This document shows, one piece after another, positions 37,096-46,463 of a stretch of 64,000 nucleotides of DNA. How positions within the stretch are numbered: the first letter of the stretch is position 1; each line of letters begins with the position of its first letter. Where the stretch lies: NCBI GenBank assembly GCA_973895155.1, contig OZ316892.1:15616861-15680860 (forward strand). The letters run 5' to 3'. The position numbers and the translations under genes were made by a program. The notes beneath the pieces were generated by a model that was not told the origin of the DNA, searched no databases, and saw nothing but the letters and a program-made list of their open reading frames with translations. This DNA comes from Marsupella aquatica. Taxonomy: Eukaryota; Plantae; Marchantiophyta.

Positions 37096-37893
37096 AAGAG
37101 TCATCTTGGCGGGCCTCTCCAAGATCCGTCTGAGGAAGAGTGATCTCGGCTGGCCTCTCCAAGATCCGTCTCAGGAAGAGTTAATCTCGACTAGCCTCTC
37201 TGAGATCCGTCTCAGGAATAGTCATCTCGGCTGGCCTCTCCGAGATCCGTCTCAAGAAGAGTGATCTTGGCTGGCCTATCCAAGATCCGTCTCAGGAAGA
37301 GTCAATCTCGGCTGGCCTCTCTGAGATCCGTCTCAGGAATAGTCATCTCGGTTGGCCCCTCCGAGATCCGTCTCAGGAAGAGTGATCTTGGCTGGCCTAT
37401 CCAAGATCCATCTCAGGAAGAGTCAATCTCGGTTGGCCTCTCTGAGATCCGTCTCAGGAATAGTCATCTCGGCTAGCCTCTCCCAGATCCGTCTCAGGAA
37501 GAGTGATCTTGGCTGGCCTCTCCAAGATCCGTCTTAGGAAGAGTCAATCTCGGCTGGCCTCTTTGAGATCCGTCTCAGGAAGAGTCAATCTTGGCTGGCC
37601 TCTTTGAGATCCGTCTCAGGAACAGTCATCTCGGCTGGCCTCTCCAAGATCCGTCTCAGGATGAGTCAATCTCGGCTAGCCTCTTTGAGATCCGTCTCAA
37701 GAACAGTCATCTCGGCTAGCCTCTCTGAGATCCATCTCAGGAAGTCATCTCGGCTGGCGTCTCCAAGATCTGTCTCAGGAATAGTCAATCTCGGCTGGCC
37801 TCTCTGAGATCCGTCTCAGGAATAGTCATCTTGGCTGGCCTCTCCGAGATCTGTCTTAGGAAGAGTGATCTCGGCTGGCCTCTCTGAGATCCG
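37096..37893. repeat. Intronic tandem array of ~20 units of 40/41 bp with a 121-bp higher-order period in its first half
   Basis: Unit AA(G/T)AGT(C/G)(A)ATCTCGGCTGGCCTCT(C)CGAGATCCGTCTCAGG; lies between donor 36871 and acceptor 37994. Confidence 0.95.
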
Positions 37894-38385
37894 TCGATCC
37901 ATGTCGACTACCTTCCCCGACAGATGCCTTCTTGTTTACGTCTATTTTGGCGCAATACATTATTTGATTGGATTTAAGTATAACTTAGTAGCAGTTCCCG
38001 ACAGGACTACCGAGTCAGCTACAGCGGAATGGGACAGCCAGGACAGACGGCTTGTCAAGCTCGCGTGGGAGGAAGCTTCGGCATATTTCTCGCCGGAGAA
38101 GTTAACCCTTCCGTGCTACCCTATTGATACCTATCATGAAGAAATAGTGCCTCGCTGTGTAAAAGAGAGAAAAAGGAAAACTCTCAAATTTGTTGATGAT
38201 AGGGCAAAAGAAGCTCAATCAGATGAGAGTAGCTCGGTAGGAAGTGACAATCTCCAAACTCACCATGTAAGTATAAGATTATCAAGCTCCAGTTCCGAAG
38301 AGTAATGTTTGAATGAATTTACCTTCATTGCAGCTCAGGAGAGACCTGAGAAACCAGTGAATGAGGGCTGACTCCCCGAGCAGGA

Positions 38386-39111
38386 GTGAAAGAGGTGGGG
38401 CTTGCAAACAAAGGAGTGCCCGCACAACAACAACCATCCAAATTTTTGGCGATAGTGAAGAAGGCATTGGACCCCAAGGCGGACCAAAAAGAGGTCATAG
38501 TGACAATCGAGGATGTGCACTTGACGAGGGCACATTTAAAATGCTTTCGGCCAAAAAAATGGATCACTTGCGACGTCATCAATGCTTACATTGCTTTACT
38601 GGAACAAAGAGCACAAACCCTTCATAAACCCAAGGCCATGTTATTGCCAACACATTTTTACCAAGTGATGACAACTCCGGAATATAACTTCAACGCAGCG
38701 TTGGCATATTGGCGGGGCATTCAAATGTGGGAGCACGAGTACGTTTTAATCCCCGTCTACCGGCCAAAATACTGGGTACTAGTTGTGGTTGATACTGCCT
38801 TGCGGCAACTGCATTTACTTGATCCGCTTGTGCCCAAAGCACAGGATGGCACAGAAGTGTTCAAAGTAGCTCAGTTTCTTTCGGACCTCTCCATCTTGCG
38901 GGGTCGTACCTTGTTATGTCCATTAGAATGGCCACGCATTTACCGAGATAACATTCCAGGTCAAGGGGATGATTACAATTGTGGTGGATATATCATTATC
39001 TACATGGAGCATATTTTTGGAGGCGGCGTACTGAACTTTGACCCTGCACTTATAGACATCATGCGGCAAAAGATTGTTGTGGACCTTGTCTGCCAGACAA
39101 TTACCCTATAG
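38386..39111 (+). CDS. Ulp1/SENP-like (C48) SUMO protease domain, catalytic His apparently changed to Tyr
   Basis: LKCF.P..WITCDVINAYI.LL, THFYQ, YVLIPV....YWVLVVVD, LLDPL, Q..DYNCG.Y. TAC at 38770-72 stands where CAC (HW motif) is expected. Confidence 0.88.
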   Translation: MKEVGLANKGVPAQQQPSKFLAIVKKALDPKADQKEVIVTIEDVHLTRAHLKCFRPKKWITCDVINAYIALLEQRAQTLHKPKAMLLPTHFYQVMTTPEYNFNAALAYWRGIQMWEHEYVLIPVYRPKYWVLVVVDTALRQLHLLDPLVPKAQDGTEVFKVAQFLSDLSILRGRTLLCPLEWPRIYRDNIPGQGDDYNCGGYIIIYMEHIFGGGVLNFDPALIDIMRQKIVVDLVCQTITL

Positions 39112-39552
39112 AGAGGATGGGAGATGGAGACGCAGCCTAGTGGAATTTAGTTCAGAAAATTGAGATAGACAACATCGTTGTAAAGTTCGGTACAAAGCTT
39201 AATAAAAAGTCAGCGAGGGTCCAAACATTCTTAATGTGGCTCCTATTTGATATGCTATGTTGTACACGTTGCTGGGTATGTTTTCATCTTGGCAAGCTCA
39301 GCCGAGATGGAACAACACTCCAAGGATATCTCAGAGAGGGCGCCAAGATGGTTAGAAAGGGCACCAAGATGGTCAGAGAGGCAGCCGACATTACTAATTG
39401 TCCGAACCAAAACAATGTCGGAGTGGACGCCGACATAGGGTTTGATTGTGGGTGTGAATTAAGTCCATGTCGGCGGCGTCGCTGAGTTTCGGGCACAGAC
39501 TGATATTAGTGACTGATGAAAGTCACTGATAACTGATGAAGTTGTGTACCTC

Positions 39553-42500
39553 CTTTCTGGTCAACAAGTGGTGACGGTACTAGAATGCCTGAATTGATAT
39601 CTTCTCACACAAGGATTTCTAGATTGTCAAATTGATAACTTCTCAATCAAATTTAGATAATTACTCATGGAAAGGAAACATTCCATTTCGACTACTGGAA
39701 CAGCAGGAGTTCAATGCTACCTAGAATCCATATGAGTAATTCAAATCAAAATCCAACTTCAAAGTATGATGGTAAAATTTCTAAGTATTAACTTCTCAAC
39801 AAGAGGAGTCTGTAGTTCTACTCACAACAGGTCAAGGCTCAACAGGAGCACCTGAGGAGGAGCTTCTATGCTTCCAACAGAAATTGAGAACTAAAGGAAA
39901 ATGGATCTGTGTTCCTCCTAACATGCACAAAGGAAGGATCCCAAAAGTCACAAAGTGTCATTTCCGGTTTTCGTGGAAGAAAAATTAACTGTCAATCAAA
40001 ATTCAGAAATGAGAACAAAGGAAAATCCGGAAATGGATGTAAGACAAAATCTGGATTTTGATTTCCGGTCCTACTTACTAAATCCGGATTTAGATCCTAG
40101 TCGGATCCGGAAATTCTAACTAACTAACTAAAAGCTACTAATCTACTGAGCATCATCAACTACATCTACTCTAACTGACTCATGTGTAAGATCAATTGGA
40201 CTAGCAGGTTTTAGAGGAGGAGATATAACTAAACTCGCAGTTGCCTCCAAGTCCTTCAAATCAAAAGGTGTTCCATGTGTTGGACTAATAGTTGAAGGTG
40301 ACACTGACGGAAAATGAAACTCAACCTTCTCAAATCCGGGTGGGGTGCCTCCTGCTTCATTTTGATCGCGCATCACCGGATATGTTCCGGATTCCGAAAT
40401 CCGGATTCTGGCAGGGGTCAACATGGACTTCGCATCCGAAATCACTATCTCCATCTGATCAAACGCTCCTGTGATCTTCTTGGCAAAGCGGTTATTGCAC
40501 TCAATAACCTTGACAAGGGTGCCTGGGTTGGCTGTCGCTAAATACTTATCTATCAGGTTGGCTTCCAACAAGCCAAGGGCTGGTACATGAATAGCCTCCT
40601 GAACACTGGTAACTACAGCATTCAGTTATTTCTGGATTTTCAGGTGTTCCTCCAACTTCTTCTGTGCAACATCCAACTGGTCCACCAAAGAGTCAATCTT
40701 CTATCTGTCCTTGAAGGCCTGATCCTCCAAGTCCCAGATCCGCTTCTTAGCCTGACTCTTAATCACCATGTCCAGAGTGGAAACGATGACAATTGGGCTG
40801 CAGTTGAGCATCTCAGCAACCGTCCCAACTAGATCCTCAAGTTGCTTCATTTTTCCGGTCGCACTTTCCATGAAAGTCCGGACATGCTCCAACTCTGCTG
40901 ATGCCGTCCACTTCAAACTAGGGATCACGCCCGGAAGACTTCCTCTACTTTCCGGTCTCCGGATAGGTTTCGGATCTTCAACAGGATCCAGTTCCGGACT
41001 CTGCACAAATCTCTTCTGCGTCCTGAGAGGTCGCACTTCCAGAACCGGTTCTTCTTCTGATTCAGTCCCCTCAGACGGCTGTCGATCCGGATCTCCGAGT
41101 TGAGCCAACATGGCTTGATTCTCATACTCTTCCGCTACTTCATCTGTAAGAATTTGGTCCATCACGTAAATATTGGCTAGATAGCAAGAAAGGGATGTGG
41201 GGGTCTTCAAATGAAGATTTCGGACCTGGTTGGCTATAACTTCCTCCAAAACCTTGGCCCAGGAAATCTTCTTCTCCCCTATGTAAGAAGCAGCAATCGT
41301 ATTTCCAATCCGAATTGTAACTCGTCAAGGCTTGGCAGGGGAAAGAAGTGGTAGCAAAAAGGACAGAATGTCGTAAAACTCCTCATTACAGCACTGGGAC
41401 ACCTTCCAACCGTCCTTCGGATCCACTTCACCATCAAAATAGTTATCCGCAAATTCATTCTTAGAGGTCAGGAAACCTTCTCCCTTCAAAGGCACATCCA
41501 AAAGCAAAGAGATAACTGCCGCGGTCCACTTTTTCGGTTTGGCTTTGATCGAATCCGGAAATTCCAAAGCAAGGGTCGTGCGCTTTCGGACCTCCTTCAC
41601 GAATATTGCACTCTGGTATCCCCATGGCAACTCCATCAACTTTGCACAACCCATGGTCTCAAGGTTCTTTTGTAAACGGTCCTTCCGTGCCAAATCCGTG
41701 GGAATCTTCGGACGCAGTGGCTTTTCATTCACAATCACTGTCCGCTCCTTGGTCGTCCGCTTCGGTAGCGTCCGGATTCCGGATTTGTCCGGGGCAAAAT
41801 CCGGGTCCTTTCTCTTCACCATATTTAGGAGATGGAGAGGAAGAATCCAAATTAAACTCCTTTCACAAAATTCCGGAAATATCAAATCTGGAAATTGAAA
41901 TCAAATCTTCACTTCCCCACTCAATCGAACGATCACCCACTTCCCCCGTAACCAGTTCCTCACGACTAATGCCTCGAATCGGCAGCCTGGTTCGGCTCTA
42001 AGCTCTCCTGTGATTCCTTGCGAAGGATTTCTACAGCAGTTTGGTGGTGTGAGGAATGCTCGGTCTAGCGTGGTCTTAAGAACTCGGTCACCAACTTCCG
42101 GTCTCCGGTCGAACGTCAGACTTATGGTTTTAATATTCATTCTCCCACGCCTTCTCGCATGGCTCAACGGTGTCGTTACTTAAGAGATCCAAAAAAAGGT
42201 GCTATCTGGATATTTCCGGATGCGATATTGCAAAGTAGTTTGTTATGGTCTTTTCCGGTCAAAGTATACTCCGTTAACCACTAAAAGTTGAAAATTTTCA
42301 AATTTTTTTGTACTTTTTAATTTCATTATTTATAACTATGGTATCACATAACTCCCTCCCCAACCGGTGCAGTGCCCTCGCAAACCATCAAGAGGTGGAG
42401 TGATATTTCTTAACCCGAGATCCATTAACTCGAGTTAATAAAACTTTGCCTTGTAAATCCTCCAACTGTAATGAACCATTAGAAAATATCTCCCTTACCT

Positions 42501-42775
42501 TGTAAGGTCCAAGCCATCTGGTATGAAGCTTCCCTGGAAATAACATGTAACGATTATCAAAAAGCATAACCAAATCACCTGGTACAATCTTCACTTCTTT
42601 AAGCTTAGAATCATACCACTTTGCACGTCCCAATTGTTGTTTCTCGGTCTCAATCAAAGCATAATGGCGATCTTCTTCTAACTTCTCCAAATTTTGTAAC
42701 CTGATAGTCTGACTTGACTCCTCATCCAACCGAGTGGTGTCAGAAATCCGGTAAGTGGGTACTTCAAATTCCACA
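39553..42775 (-). mobile_element. 3' part of a second non-chromovirus Gypsy: integrase tail (42775-42388), PPT, and putative 3' LTR from 42348
   Basis: GDLVMLFDNRYMLFPGKLHTRWLGPY closely matches the integrase tail of the full element; GGGGAGGGAGTTA|TGTGATAC lies 40 nt after the stop. Confidence 0.85.
40143..41822 (-). pseudogene. Accessory ORF (~560 codons, frameshifted) downstream of the PPT of the second Gypsy
   Basis: MVKRKDP...LETMGCAKLMELPW...DPKDGW.V..C....L.FLLPLLSPAKP, followed by 41249-40701 and 40571-40143 with coiled-coil character. Confidence 0.75.
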
Positions 42776-44139
42776 CACAAAATATAGATGAGAGCGTCCT
42801 GTGGCATCTTGTGTGTGAACCATGACCCCTTTCTCATCTTTTTTTGGATTGCCTCAAACTTTACCATGTTTGCGCTATCAATGAGTGGTTTGTAGTGATC
42901 CAGATCACGCAACAAAATTTGGGAAATTCAAGAAGGCTCAACGACTGCTTGTCCAAGCCTGGATACAATGAGAGGTAATTAGCAGCGCCGGGCACAAAGA
43001 TCAGGGAATTGCCACTCTATGGTCCAACATATTTAGCCCAAAATCAATGAGAGCTATACAAGTAGTTAATGAATGTAACTTACTGGTTCACGGTGTGCAT
43101 CGTCGCCTTGAGCTCAACCAGAGAACCTCTATCGCCATTGAAATTGACGCAAATCACACAAGGATGATACTTCAAGTTGTTCGGATTCTCCCTGGTGACA
43201 ACTGACCAGGAGTACAATCACTGATTTTTGTCAAAGACACAAAACATTTTGTATTTTAGAATGTGGAATGTTGGATTTGCATCACACTCTTCCTTGAACT
43301 TCTCATTCTCTACGACTCAGATTGGATCCCAAGAGTCCTGGATCTCGCTTGTGCAGATTTGAGGAACCCCATCGGCATTGGCAGGCTGAACATAGAAAGG
43401 CATTCCAATGCGTGAGCTCGGGGGGGTCACTATATGGAGGGCCATACATCGCATGCGACGTTTTAGGGTTTGACCCCCCCTAACTTATAAGTGAAAAATA
43501 TTTTTTTGCGAAGCCCTTTCTTTCTTTAAATTTTGTCATTTTTATTAAAAAACCCCTAAAAACTTTAAAGAAAGTATTTTTTGCAATTAAATAGGCCTAT
43601 GTGTTCTTTAAAGTTGACCAGTCAATAAAACATGCCCTATGTGTTCTTCCACCAAACTTTGGAAGTCTTTCGCCACACCCATTTAAATGGGCCTATACTT
43701 TGTCACACGTGATGTGCCATTTCCGTGGAAGTGACCCCCCCCCCCCCGAGTGCGCAAGTTGTACCCTGTGACACAAAATGATCCTTTCAACTTGTCAATT
43801 GACGCGCTCTCTTTTTGCAATGTTTGAACAACCTCCATGGGGAGAAATCTACAAAGAGGAATTTGAGGAGGCTCCTTATCGAATCCTCAGAATTCCTTTC
43901 CAAACAATAACACATGCTTCAAGATTACCTCATCCATGGATAACCCTACGTTGCTGACTTCACCCCATGGCACCCTCCTTAGGGTCCATTCTTTCTCTTC
44001 TCAACCTCGAGAAGGGCTGCGTGGATTTAGCTTTGGAATTTGTTGAGGACGCAGTCGATCGGGTGACGCGACGGGTGTAGATTGAGCCAATGAACAAAGA
44101 CTGAGAGGACTTGGAATGACCACCATCAGCCTTCCCCAT
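42776..44139 (-). pseudogene. ParB/Srx-like accessory gene, copy A (3'-truncated, MITE-interrupted)
   Basis: SQSLFIGSIYTRRVTRS; FYVQP; SWDPI*V.ENEKF..EC.ANP; KMFCVFDKNQ*LYSW; DLDHYK..IDSAN..KF....KGSWFT.KMPQDAL.YILC, all aligning with 52471-53560. Confidence 0.8.
43417..43750. mobile_element. MITE with ~40-bp imperfect TIRs CTCGGGGGGGTCACT and 8-bp TSD
   Basis: Flanks TGCGTGAG / TGCGCAAG (both derivable from TGCGCGAG by CpG decay); removal restores GYNSRIGMPFYVQP. Confidence 0.85.
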
Positions 44140-46463
44140 TCTTGTATCACCCAACCAAAAGATGCTAAAGAGCGGGGCTTGACCTTCCAACACTGTCGTA
44201 CAAGACGTGCAGTTCTTGGGACAATCACGCCTCAAATTTACGAGAGCAATAAAGGACACACGCACACACTTGGGAAACACGTACAGTCCAAGGTATGTGC
44301 GCTTAAGTCGACTAAATTATCTACAAAGAGGGATCCCAACCTTGTATTAAGACACCGATACCTTCGACACAGCCAGCGGATTACAACGGTCAAGATGCTT
44401 GAACCATGACAGATGGCATTTCATGATTGGCCGTTCATGGCAAACAAAAGGAGAACGGTTCCGTGAACATCAATCTACTGTAATGTTATTGTTGGCAAGT
44501 GACAGTTGGGAGCAATACAGTGTTAATAATTCTCTCTAGCGCTAGTACAAAACATACACTCAACATACAACCAATTTTGACCTATTTTGACTAGGGTTCG
44601 GCACTGGTATGGAATCCATACATCTGCATTTCCAATTTTGTGATAGTGTTGAACAATAACTTATAATAGCGCTCGGCGCTAGTATCAAGAGAAATCATTA
44701 AATCAGACACTAAACATAGGTAACACATCTGCATTGCCAAATTATGTGACGGAATTGTTCAATAGCTTATAATAGCGCCTGGCGTTATCAAATTTGTCCA
44801 GAAATGGCTCAAAGTTTGTTCGCATAGACATAAAATTAACAACTGAAGTATTTGAGTTTAGGGCCCATCTCTTAATAGCACCGAGTGCTATCAAAATCAA
44901 TTTTAAGATTACACAGAATACAAAACTTTAAACAATTCTTTGTTTCTCAAAATAAGGCCGAGCGTTGTTGCAATTATCAACAAACAACAAGTGTTTCCAA
45001 CAATTTTAAATAATTGTTATTGTTCACGTTCACAATTACAATACATACACGAGAGTACAAACGGAAAGCAACACCGTTGCTGCCCTGGGTTCCAGCTGAA
45101 AAATGAAAAACTATTGGTCTTTTTGATTAAAAACACGCAAACTTCGATATCAAAAGGAACGGACAAATACCAAAACTTTGATATCAAAAGGAATACAATT
45201 AGGAACATTTTGGAAACTGTAGTAATCCGATGTGAGGTGAGCTACTGGCAATCATTTCCTATTGGAAAATACATATGGAAACATGTACCATCTAACTTGC
45301 TACATCCTCCAAGTGGCCCAAAACTCAAACTAAACGATGTGGTGAAGGGCAGTCAGTCATCCCACCAACTCGGCTTGTACACGTTAGAGTCGTCGTTGGA
45401 GTTGCTTGACCCATACCAAGAAAATCCTTGCCTGCTCGGAGATGAGTCCCCGCTCGAAGAAGGATCACTCTCCGTGGAGGATTCCACATCGGAGAGATCC
45501 CTACATGGAGTGGCTTGTCTCGGAGGTTTGACTGCAGTAGGGGCAATATATACTCCCCGGGGGAACAGAAGACGTGCCACTCCAATTTGGAGGATTGGAT
45601 CCTTCTCCACGGCCCGTAGGTGGCGTTGCTTTAGTCTTTGAGATTGTCTTGCCCTTGGCCGAGATCAGAACCATGGTCCTCTGTGTAGTCGGCCACGGTG
45701 GTAGGTTGTTCAACACGGGGGTCTCACGCTCACTATCACTTACAACAACGGCCTCCTCCTTACCCTTTCCTCGTGGAGGTGCCATTGAAACTGATCAGGC
45801 GATGGTAGGACTGAATAAAAGGACCAAAAGCTAACAAGAACCACTACTCACCACGCCGCTGACGTGCAACAAGAACTTGATGCCGTCTCTGCCCAGAACA
45901 CAAGTCCTAAAATGAGACTTGGGAGCGAGAACTTGTGGACACTGAAGAATTATAGGAGAATGAAGAGATATGAGAAGAATGAGGAGATATGAGGAGAATG
46001 AGGAGATATGAAGAGGTAGTCCCGCACTTTCAGTTTGTGTACTGACTTTCAAAGATGCTTCCTTCATCAATCTTTTGAACCGCAACGGTTTGGATACGTA
46101 TAGATATACAAAATAACTTCACGCGTGTGAACTTGATGACACGTACTGTACCGCGTCGGCTCTATATGACTTGGATACCTTTTTATTAATTGTGAAATAG
46201 GTAGCAACAAGCGCTATTATTATTGACCATCGCACTCCTCACCCAAGAGTGTCATCATATTGCTTCCAGAGGTAGCGTCAGGCGCTATTAACTTCTAACC
46301 CAAACCCAACTGTTGTTAAGACGACAAAATGTCATTGATGCAGTGCGTCCAAATCTATAACGAATCCTCTATAGTGAGAATGGAACGTTTACTTATTTTC
46401 CTGATCTCATGATAAACATATTTCATTTGGAGCGGGGCAAGTCCATTATCCCGTCTTGAAGCC

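Larger units (their letters stand above)
29880..39552 (+). mobile_element. Large MULE-related element ('element C') with tandem arrays, ParB-MTase-like gene and Ulp1 protease; no transposase seen
   Basis: Right end ...CTGATAACTGATGAAGTTGTGTACCTC resembles the ends of the 9-bp-TSD element at 11208-11593; the ATCTCGG-N9-CCGAGAT motif recurs throughout. Left end and TSD not found, so the start is approximate. Confidence 0.6.

Noticed and set aside
37096-37893. 40/41-bp palindromic repeat array as a CRISPR array (also 34955-35148, 30301-31169)
   Set aside because: Units are contiguous with no unique spacers, no cas genes are present, and the context is eukaryotic; the ORFs over the array are repeat artefacts.
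42388-42915. 175-aa ORF as a real ParB-region/integrase fusion protein
   Set aside because: It is a deletion junction near 42775 joining two truncated pseudogenes that happen to be in frame.
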